Assembly: GCA_938018055.1 (NCBI GenBank)
Contig: CALIKL010000040.1
Coordinates: forward strand, 14,695-78,694
Length of the DNA stretch: 64,000 nucleotides
Origin: an uncultured bacterium
GTDB taxonomy: Bacteria; Bacteroidota; Rhodothermia; Rhodothermales; UBA10348
Reading direction: 5' to 3'
A program made the translations under genes and the position numbers. Under the pieces are notes generated by a model. The model made no database searches. It had not been told where the DNA came from and saw only the letters and a program-made list of their open reading frames with translations. Below are positions 31,201 through 40,800 of this stretch, piece by piece (position 1 is the first letter of the stretch; every line of letters starts with the position of its first letter).

Positions 31201-32160
31201 ATGAAAGTTGTCGATTTTCTCAACGACGGAGATAGCCCGAGTGTCTCATATGAGATCGTTCCACCCAAGCGAGGAAGCTCGCTTTCCGAGATTCTGGAGA
31301 TCGTGGGCCAGCTTAGTGAATTTGATCCACCATTCGTAGATGTAACGTCGCACAGTGCGCAGGTGTACTACGAAGAGCAGAATGATGGCAGCTGGCGGCG
31401 TCATGTCAAACGCAAGCGTCCCGGTACACTGGGGATGTGTGCAGCCATCAAGGGCCGCTACGGTATTGAGACCGTCCCGCATCTGCTGTGCAAGGGATTC
31501 ACGCGGGAGGAGAGCGAGGACGCCTTGATAGAGCTCAACTACCTGGGAATCCACAATGTCATGGCCCTGCGCGGCGATGATACAGGGTTTCAGAAGCCGG
31601 TATCAGTGGATCGTACTCGGAATGAATATGCCATCGATCTCGTCCAGCAGATTTCAGCCATGAACAAGGGCGAGTACCTGGAAGAGTTGATCGACGCGGC
31701 ACCAACGGAATTTTGCGTAGGCGTAGCCGGGTACCCCGAGAAGCACTTCGAGGCTCCCAACATTACGTGGGATATTCTGAATCTGAAGCGAAAGGTGGAT
31801 GCCGGAGCGGACTACATCACATCGCAGATGTTCTTCGACAATGACTCGTTCATCGCGTTCGTGAATCGATGCCGGGAGGTAGGAATCACGGTGCCCATCG
31901 TGCCTGGTCTGAAAATATTGACCAAGAAGCGGCAGCTTCAGAGTCTCCCTGCCCGATTCCACCTCCAGATTCCAGAGGCGCTGGCCGCAGAGTGCGAGGC
32001 AGCCAAAACGGACGATGAGGTGGCCGAAATAGGCATCCGCTGGGCCCTAAAGCAGTGTGAGGGACTCATGGAAGCAGGATTCAGCAACCTGCACTTCTAT
32101 ATCATTCAGACGCCCCAGCATGTCCGGGAAGTGGTGAAGTCACTGCGCAAACTGGCGTGA
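31201..32160 (+). CDS. metF: 5,10-methylenetetrahydrofolate reductase
   Basis: SYEIVPPKRG, FVDVTSH, ETVPHLLC, ALRGD, and a MetF-like C-terminal half. Confidence 0.9.
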   Translation: MKVVDFLNDGDSPSVSYEIVPPKRGSSLSEILEIVGQLSEFDPPFVDVTSHSAQVYYEEQNDGSWRRHVKRKRPGTLGMCAAIKGRYGIETVPHLLCKGFTREESEDALIELNYLGIHNVMALRGDDTGFQKPVSVDRTRNEYAIDLVQQISAMNKGEYLEELIDAAPTEFCVGVAGYPEKHFEAPNITWDILNLKRKVDAGADYITSQMFFDNDSFIAFVNRCREVGITVPIVPGLKILTKKRQLQSLPARFHLQIPEALAAECEAAKTDDEVAEIGIRWALKQCEGLMEAGFSNLHFYIIQTPQHVREVVKSLRKLA

Positions 32161-32177
32161 TGCCCCGGATTCGATCC

Positions 32178-32600
32178 TCAATCGGTCGTTCCTGTAGTGA
32201 GATAGCGATCCTCAAGCAGACGCATCGCGTCGCGCTGTGCCTCAGTTGCGTCGTCGTGACCGCACAGGTGCAGTAGTCCGTGTACGACGTATCGCTCCAG
32301 TTCGCCGTGCAGGGTGGTGCCGAATTCCTCGTGCCGTTCGGCCGCCGTTTCTACATCGATATACACTTCACCCTCGATGGGATTCGACTCCAGAAGAAAG
32401 GAGATCACGTCAGTGTGCCAGTCATGATCGAGCCACTTTCGGTTCAACTCCAGAACCGTAAGGTGATCCGCAAACACGATTCCAATACTCTTTGCGGATT
32501 GGCCTTCCCCTTCAAGTACGGTGTTGGCCAGGTGGGTAAGGCGTTCTTCTCCAGGGTGGGAGATATCGGGTGAGGAGGTGGCTATGGACAGCGTGAGCAC
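32178..32600 (-). CDS. ybeY: rRNA maturation endoribonuclease YbeY
   Basis: HGLLHLCGHDD zinc-binding motif and the typical ~140-aa size. Confidence 0.9.
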   Translation of the reverse strand: MLTLSIATSSPDISHPGEERLTHLANTVLEGEGQSAKSIGIVFADHLTVLELNRKWLDHDWHTDVISFLLESNPIEGEVYIDVETAAERHEEFGTTLHGELERYVVHGLLHLCGHDDATEAQRDAMRLLEDRYLTTGTTD

Positions 32601-32609
32601 GTCTGTCCC

Positions 32610-33074
32610 TCAGCCCAGATCGCCGAAAAGATCTTCCGTGATGGACAGCGCAACACTGCTCATGATGAGCTCAGGGGCCAACTGCGTAAAGTCAGTGGAG
32701 AGCAGATTGGTATCTACATTTGCATAGAGTGAGCACCCCGCGTGCCGTTCTACGACCAATCCATTCGCTGTATCACCGCTTTGGGCCACAAAAAGCACTT
32801 CTCCGAGGTCCTCACTTCCCTTGAATCCAGTGCATCCCTGCAACTGAAGGAAGGAGGCTGGGGCATAGACCGAAACCAGATTGGTGGAATCGCCTTCGGA
32901 CAGGCCTGGTGAAGACACCTTGCGATGTATTTCCAGCGTTATACGACGCCCGCTTTCCTCATCAGACAATTCGAAACGTGCCATGGAGTCATCCTTCTTG
33001 GCGGTTACGCCCAGAATGGTCTCGATGCGTTCAATATCAGCGTCTGTAAACGAAAACTGCATGGTCTCTGGCAA
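32610..33074 (-). CDS. hypothetical protein (9 nt upstream of ybeY)
   Basis: Coding-like composition and tight spacing to ybeY. No recognised motif. Confidence 0.45.
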   Translation of the reverse strand: MPETMQFSFTDADIERIETILGVTAKKDDSMARFELSDEESGRRITLEIHRKVSSPGLSEGDSTNLVSVYAPASFLQLQGCTGFKGSEDLGEVLFVAQSGDTANGLVVERHAGCSLYANVDTNLLSTDFTQLAPELIMSSVALSITEDLFGDLG

Positions 33075-33286
33075 ATGTCGTCCGAAAGCTATGCGGATGC
33101 GTCGAGCAAGATACCGGCTCCCTCTTCCAAATCCAATGAAGGCTGATGTCCGGGAAGCGGTTTGGAATGGGTGAGAAATCGGCCTGTGAGAAAGATTGGG
33201 AACTCCCTGTCCGCGGGTCGATTTCCTTCCGACTCCTGCTCCGGTTTCTTCTTTACGGACAAGAGACCGGATGTTTCAGAACAGAA

Positions 33287-33673
33287 ATGAACTCCATGTC
33301 AACACCCCGATCCTCACTCATACTTGCGGCCCTGCTTGGGGCTCTCGGCGTTGCTGCGGGCGCATTCGGCAGCCATATTCTATCCGATGTGTTGTCTCCG
33401 AAAGATCTTTCAACGTACTCGACAGGCATTTCCTACCTGCAGTGGCATGCTGTTTATCTTCTCGCACTGTCATGGATGAACCACACCCATGACAATGTCT
33501 GGTTCGCTTGGGCCCGTCGATGCGGTTTAGGGGGAATTCTGATTTTTTCCGGGAGCCTTATGGCACTCGCGCTGACCGGTATTTCCATTCTTGGAGCGAT
33601 TGCTCCAATCGGTGGAACGATGCTGATCGCCTCCTGGCTGCTTACCGCGTGGGGTACCAAACAGATCGCATGA
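33287..33673 (+). CDS. DUF423 family membrane protein
   Basis: ILAALLGALGVAAGAFGSHIL and a four-TM profile. The start was moved to ATG 33287; the upstream part of the listed 33146 ORF looks non-coding. Confidence 0.75.
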   Translation: MNSMSTPRSSLILAALLGALGVAAGAFGSHILSDVLSPKDLSTYSTGISYLQWHAVYLLALSWMNHTHDNVWFAWARRCGLGGILIFSGSLMALALTGISILGAIAPIGGTMLIASWLLTAWGTKQIA

Positions 33674-33677
33674 GCGC

Positions 33678-34076
33678 TTAATCGCCTTCTTCCTCGAAGA
33701 GCAAGGTGATGCTCGGTGCGAGTCCATGTTCACGAGCCAGCTGAAGCAACATTTCAGCGATTTCGTCCGCTGATTCAAACGTGCCTACCTCTCGCGAATC
33801 AACCGCCAGGGCATATCCGATATCATCTGGTTCTCCCGGCTCGTAATCCTCCCAGTCCGTTGCTTCTTCCAGCACAAACAGGCCGTCTTCCGGCGCGAAA
33901 GAAGCGACGTATCGCTCGCATTGTTCTTCGGCATCGATCAAGCTCAGGTTGCCGAGTGCCTCATACTCCTCGTCATAAAACAGCGTCTCAGCAATGAGGC
34001 GAAGGACGAATTGGTCAGTATCTAAAACAGGCATCGCGCACCCTCCGTTCGGACACGGGAAGTCCGGACTGATCAT
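33678..34076 (-). CDS. hypothetical highly acidic protein
   Basis: ATG at 34076 overlaps the lipB stop (ATGA). An alternative ATG at 34034 is preceded by GGAGGG. The product is Asp/Glu-rich with no recognised motif. Confidence 0.45.
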   Translation of the reverse strand: MISPDFPCPNGGCAMPVLDTDQFVLRLIAETLFYDEEYEALGNLSLIDAEEQCERYVASFAPEDGLFVLEEATDWEDYEPGEPDDIGYALAVDSREVGTFESADEIAEMLLQLAREHGLAPSITLLFEEEGD

Positions 34077-34828
34077 TGATTGGTTACGTCTTGAAGATAC
34101 GTCTCCAACCATGCCTGTGCATCATTGCCTTCCAGTACCGTCGTATCTGCGTTGAACACGTCTCCGAAGTGTTCGATGATGCGGTGTTCGACTGCGCCCC
34201 GATCAAGTGTTGCCAGAAGCTCCATTTCCATGGAGGTGACGCCCCGATCAGTTATCCCGCAGGGAACGATCATGTTGAAATGATCGAGTTCAGGAGACAC
34301 GTTCAAGGCAAATCCATGCATCGTGACCCAACGGCTGCATCGAATGCCCATTGCACAGAGCTTTCGCTCATCTCCTTCTTCGCGTGTCACCCAGACGCCA
34401 GTACCCTTATCGAATCTCATCGTTTCGATTCCGTGATCGGCGCAGGTTCGGATTATGACTTCTTCCAGGTCTTGTAAATAGCGATGGATATCGGTGTAGA
34501 ATCGATCGAGATCCAGGATGGGATATCCAACAATTTGCCCTGGGCCGTGATAGGTGATATCTCCACCGCGGTCGATGCGGACAAAGGTGGCACCGGCCTG
34601 TTCAAGATCCTGCTCACTGGCCAACAGGTTGCTCTCATCTCCACTCTTGCCCAATGTGAACACGGGAGGATGCTCGACAAGAAGCGCCACATGCGGGATA
34701 TCTCTCGGTGACTCAGAGCGCTTGTTGGCTACCAGGTGTTGTTGCAGCCTCTTCTGCAAATCCCAGGTGGCTACATAATCGACTTTTCCGAGGCGACAGA
34801 AGACAATCTGTTGTCGGGATTCCCCCAT
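34073..34828 (-). CDS. lipB: lipoyl(octanoyl) transferase
   Basis: VEHPPVFTLGKSG, RGGDITYHGPGQIVGYPILDL, KLCAMGIR. Confidence 0.9.
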   Translation of the reverse strand: MGESRQQIVFCRLGKVDYVATWDLQKRLQQHLVANKRSESPRDIPHVALLVEHPPVFTLGKSGDESNLLASEQDLEQAGATFVRIDRGGDITYHGPGQIVGYPILDLDRFYTDIHRYLQDLEEVIIRTCADHGIETMRFDKGTGVWVTREEGDERKLCAMGIRCSRWVTMHGFALNVSPELDHFNMIVPCGITDRGVTSMEMELLATLDRGAVEHRIIEHFGDVFNADTTVLEGNDAQAWLETYLQDVTNQ

Positions 34829-37800
34829 CAGTTCGCGATACTCACGCGGATGTTGAACGTACCATTGATGTTTACGGAAGATGGCTGACGAGAGTCTTCC
34901 GAGTCAAATTTTTCGTACTTGAGAGTAAAGTCGGCAGAAACGCGGTTGGAGAATTGGTACGCAACACGTGGTGTCATGGTCAGACGTGTGTGGGCGGTGA
35001 CGAGCGAAACATTGTCGCCTTCCAGGGCGTCCTGCAGCTTGAATTCAGGGTCCGTGATGGCTTGCTCGAGGGCGCGGCGCAAGCGCAGACGCTGATCGAG
35101 CGTTTCGCTCCGTTTGATGCTCAGGGCCAGCGTTACACGGTTGTTCAGCTTGCGGAAGAAGGGCAGTTTCAGACCGGATTTCTGGTAATTGATCGTGACT
35201 TCCAACTCTTTCGTCTTGTTTTCGCTGACTTCGAAGTTGGTGGTACTCAGGGAATACGAGTTGCTCGTCGACCAGGTCATCCCGGTCGAAATAGATCCTT
35301 TCCAGGTTACGTCTACCCCGATCAGCGGGCGGAAGCTTTCGTTGATTCGAATGTTATTGATCTGGTATTCCTCGACGGCGAACTGGATACGTCTCGAGCC
35401 CAGGTCGACGGTGCGGATAGAATCTGCACCAGCAAATGCAGTGTTTGTGTTGTAGTCAGCGGCATAGTCTCCCGAGTAGGCGTGACGCAACGACACATTA
35501 TTGGTCAGACGACGAATGATGGGCCAGTCGGATAAACCCGAATATGTAACCTGCCAGGTAGGTTTGGGGAGCGGTGCAATGCCCAGGGCATCAACCGTCG
35601 TTCCACCGCGAACAAAGGCCTTTCGGAAGTCATCCACCACCGATGAGTTGGTAAGTGGCGAACGGCCGTTGCCGTCTGCGTCAGGAATCAAGATGGGATC
35701 CTCTTCACCCGTAGCAAGCAGATCGGAGTTGTACGTGTCGAGCTGACTCTGGAATAGATCCAGGTACGAAGCACCAAAGGCCCAGATAGAGGCTTTGTTG
35801 TTGCCACTCTGCGTGATGGTAGTGTCGATTCCGATCACTTTTTGCAGATCATCCAGAGCAGGTCGGAAGGTGAACGTCTCGCTTTCAGACAGGTCCAGAT
35901 TCCAGTTGAGGGTGACATTCAACGCCTGCGATGGGCTCAATGTTGTACGGCCCTGGAATCGTTTGGCGTCGCTCAATTGATCTGAGACCTGCAACGACGG
36001 ATCGACAATACGATCTTCGATGTCGAACTGGCGATCCAGTCCGAACCGGTAGCCGAGAGAGGCTCCATTGCCCTTGATGGCGTCGCGGATACTGTAGTAA
36101 GTGGCCACATCCTGCAGAATGCCGTTCTCATCCAGGACGGCGGTACCGACGTTGGATGAGTTTGACTGTCTGGAATCCTGGTAGGTCAGGTTGAAGTCGC
36201 GGATACCGGTTGTTGCCAAAATAAGCTGACGAGCGTACGACTTCAGTCGCCCTCCAAATCCCGGACCAGTGGATTCATCTTCCTCTTCCGCCTCGTTGGC
36301 GCGCTGTTCTGCTGGCAGCTCGTCCGGCATGTCGACACCACTTGCTTCTGCCAATCGTCTCGCCTCTTTGGCTTTGCGGCGCGCCTCACGGGCTGTTTCC
36401 TTCTGGCGGCGCACACGGTCTTTCTCACGCTGGAAATCATCCTGCGCATCCTCAATGGACTCATAAAATCCAAACTTGCGCCAAAAGTCCTGGATACGGA
36501 GCGATACACCGCCGCGCAGTTCGACGTTGTTTCGGATAGCTGCCCCGTTGTTTCTACCTACGGGTCCATTCTGCCAGTCAAACGTGGCGTTGTAGGATAT
36601 GTCCTGGATCTGGATCCAGTTCAGGAACCCAATGGCGCGTAGCTGAGGCCTGAATGAGGCCCTGAACACCTGACTGTGGCGTTCAGTGCGAGGGGTGATT
36701 CCCCCGGAGAAAAAGCGTCCGAGTACATTCGTGCCGGGAATGACATCCAGGGAACTGACTTCAAACGCATTGTTCAGCTGATTGTCGGGTATCATTCCTG
36801 CAGCAATAGCTTCATCGAGGCGCATGCCAAAAAACGTAGTATCCGACGTCACAACATTATAGAGCGTGTCAACACCGGCCGTGTTGAAACTCTGATTCGT
36901 GTCGGTGTCGAAACTGAGATTCAGGAAATTGAATGGATTGTACTGGAACTGGAAGTCTCGTCCGTGGGTGAAGGCGTGCTTTTCACGAAGTGGGAAGCGG
37001 ACATCGAGTGGTGTACCTGTGGTATCTCCTGCAGAGACAATCGGACGTTCCCGTGTCTGGGAGAACTGCCGATTGAAGGTGCCAGACGTCGAGATCAGCG
37101 AAGGAAGGAAGTTGAAGTTCAGCCCACCCAGCGTACGTAACAGCGGGACGCTGTCCAGGAAAAAGAATGGGCGAACAGTTTTCGGGTTTCTCGTCTGGAA
37201 GCGGTATCCCGCGGCGCTGGCCCATCTCCAGGAATCGTTCAATTCCTGTGCTGGGCTTCGACCATCCGTATCTGCCTGGGAGTAGGAGACGGAAATACCA
37301 TCGACCGTGTTGCGCAGGATCTTGTTGCGAGATCCGGTCTTGCCAACTCGTGTCGACAGACTTCTCGACAGCGTGTACGTTTGAGCAGCCTCTGTTGCTT
37401 CCGAACGGGCTTCGGCTTTTTCCTGCTCCGTCAGATCTTCCCGATCATCGATCTGACTGATGATCTCTTCCAGTCGGATATCGCCACGCGTTGGCGAAAA
37501 GCGGGGAGTGGTTGTGTTGGACTGTACCTGGATATTGACGGGAAGCGTCCATCCGAAGCGTTCCGGGATCAGCTTGTCTGCGTTCACCTCGGTGGTCACG
37601 GTCCAGTTGTTGATGTTGAGTTGCTCGCGCTCGCCGAGACTTGAGGAGAGGGAACCGAATCCGTCCGTTTGACGCTGAAAACTGGCTTTGATGCTTCCCA
37701 CATCAGCCAGCTTGATATCCATGTTTGACAGGGCGGCCCAACCATTTTCGGAGTCGTAGCCGGCAACCCGAAGTTCGTTGATCCACATGGTGATGTCTTC

Positions 37801-40800
37801 GAGGATGTATTCCGATCCGAAGAGCGTGGAGTCGGCCGGGTTACGGATACCAATTACGACCGAGTTGACCTTGCCGAGAGAGGGCGTCCCTCTGATACCC
37901 AGACGCGTACCCGGGGGTGCAAATACGGCAGCATCGGGTGAATCCGCTGTCGTCAGTTCCCCGTTGGTCACACTCCAGAACGTGGAATCGGTGGGGTAGG
38001 CAACACGATCACGTGCCACTTTCAACTGGTTCAGCGCTCCCAACTCGATGTTCATCGACCCGAGATCCCGGAATTCCCCATCATAATCAACCGCCGTCCG
38101 CCACAATTCGTCCGAGTTGCCTGCATTCTCATAACTGGGGGTGAGCGGCTGTTCGTATTCGTAGTAATCATTGGTCTCGTTCGACCCCAAGCGCACGAAC
38201 AAGGTGGCTTTCGTACGACTTTCTTCCAGCGGCAATGAGGCCAAGTCGGTTCCGTCAGCCAGTTGTCCGTGGGCGTGAACAAACATGCGCAGGTTGGAAT
38301 ACTTGAGCAGGTCAAGTCCGGAATTCTGCGTCTTGAAAATGGCTCGCTGCTGGCCTGGGCCCAGGTTCTCAGCACGGATAACAAGGGACTGCTCTCGCGC
38401 ATTCTGAACGCGACCTGACGCGAGACGGGACTGACTGACTACGGCGCCTACTGGAGGCAGGTAAGTCTCCGCGTTTTCTTCGTTGTTGATGCTTGAAATG
38501 GTGAGTACCGTTTCGGTACCCGTCGTGTCGAATGGTGTCTCCCGTTCCAAGGTGATGGCTTCGGACTTCTGCCATTGCGATCCCACCAACTCGAGCGAAG
38601 CGAACCGGGCCGTGAATGGCACCTCGTGCCCCGTGGTCCAAAGGCGGATGAATTCAATGAGGGAAAAATCCTGGATGTCACCTACGCGACGGGAATACTG
38701 TTGGACCGGAATGCGCACCTGGTACCATCCCGTTCCATTTCCATCTGCGTCAGCAACCTCACCAACGATGTAGTCATCTACCTGCTGTGGCGCAGCCAAG
38801 GAGTCCAGTGCACGCTTCGAGAGCGGGATTTCGTACTGGAAATAGCTGTTCTCCGTGTCGACCGTGGAGTTCAAGTTGCGGTCTTCCGAGTCCGGGAATC
38901 GGGAATTACCGCGTTTGACTGACGTGTTGTTCGCCAGTTTGGTCTGCGTTTCGAACGCATTCAGCTCATGCCCTGCGAAGTAGCGACTGAAATGTTGTTG
39001 GAAAGAGGCTGAAGCTGGGAAGAACTCCGAATTCTCGTAGTACTGACTATTTCCAAAATAGTGATAGTCATCTCCAGACGGATCTGCGAGAGCTTTGGCT
39101 ACCTCGGCGCGGTACCTCGGATCGTTTGAATTTCGATCAAGACTATTCAGAAAGTCTGCAAAATGGATTTCTTCGGTGGCAAAAGGTGGATACTCTAGTG
39201 AACCACTGGCCAAACCGTCCAGGCCGAGATCTTCCGTACGACGGGACGCATCATCGATGTCCACCACGCTGTTCTGGGCGCCAGTTGGACTTCGCCCCCA
39301 GGTCAAGATGCCTCCTTCGGTGATGGTTGCTGTCGAAAGGCCATCCTCGTTGTTCAGCTTCTCATCCGGAAGAATGTCCTCAGAGATGGAGCCCAGGTCT
39401 ACGAGCAGCTTGGCATCGACTCCGGCATCCCCTTGGGCGTTTTCCGGGAAAGGGCGGAAGACGAATTCGACAAAATCGATGTTCTTGAGGCTGAAGTCGG
39501 TGAAGCCTTCCGGTAATCGCTGGGTCATCCCGCCCCAGGCGTACTTGGGATTATCCAGAAAGCCCCTCAAGTCGCGAGTGTAGTTGTAGGGTCCTCGCTC
39601 GTTCGGGTTGAAGTATATATCGTACGTCTCGAGCGTGGGGTCGATCTCGGCTCGCGTGTCCCGGTTCGGGAATACCTCGTCGATGCGGAAAATCCGGATG
39701 GCATCGGCATCGAAGGCGATGGTCGGTATTTCACGCAGCATGTTGGCGTTGATACGATACCACGCGAAGTTGCCTCGCCAGTTAGTACGCAGCGAGTCGG
39801 ATTGGAACCCGAAAGTAGTGCCGAAGCGGTCCACAGCGCCGATTGAATCGGGTGCCGAAGCCAGACCCCAGGAGCCGGGCTGCATCATGGTGAAGGTATT
39901 TTCAAATCCCTCAAAGTCATCGATGTAGGAAGTACCTCCGAGTTCATCACGGGAAAAATCTCGGCCAGCAGCCTGCAGATCCCGTCGCGTGCGTTCAAAT
40001 GCAATCGTCTGCGTATTGCCGGGGCGCAATTGGGCGAACTCGCCACTCAAGGAGATGCTGGAGGGTTCGCGCGTTTGGAGAAGAGGAACGAAATCAATGG
40101 CCCGCGTCATCCAACGAGGTTCGAGCTTCAATGCCCCGTCGATACCCCAGATGGTGTTGGAAATCGGTTCTTCCCCGATCCGGAATTTGTCGATGGGTGA
40201 TTGCTGATTCATCCGCATGACCGTCGCGCCAAGCGACAGACGTTCATCCAACGTGTAATCAGCTCGCATCCCGACCAGCGTCTTCTTTTGGATATTGAAG
40301 AAGCTGTTCTGTTCGAACTCGATCTCGATATCGCGTCCGGGGGTAAGGAAGGCCGGGTTGATGATCTGGACGAGACCAGTACCCGAGTATTCAACCACAA
40401 AGTCAGTGCCTTCCGTGAGAGGCGTCCCACCGGAAGTCACGCGGACTGATCCTTGGACAACTCCAGAAAAAGCGTTCAGATCATAGGAAGATTGAACCGA
40501 TCCTCGGTAGGAACCACGGATTCGATACACATCGTGCTGGCTGTCGCGACGTGCGTTCGCCTTCTTCTGGCTATACAGCTTCTCAAAGACATACAATTCC
40601 CGCAATCCGTTTTGAGCATCGGGCGTTCCGCCACCTGAAAGGATTACATTGGTCAGCCGGCTTCCGAAGGGCTCCAGATAAGGAAATATGAGACTTCCTT
40701 CGCCTGGCAAAATGGTGTAGTTGACCAGAAAGTCGAACTGGTCATCAGCCACCAGCGCCTGGTCTTCATTCACCCGGTCCAGTCCGGTCAGCTGAAGAAT

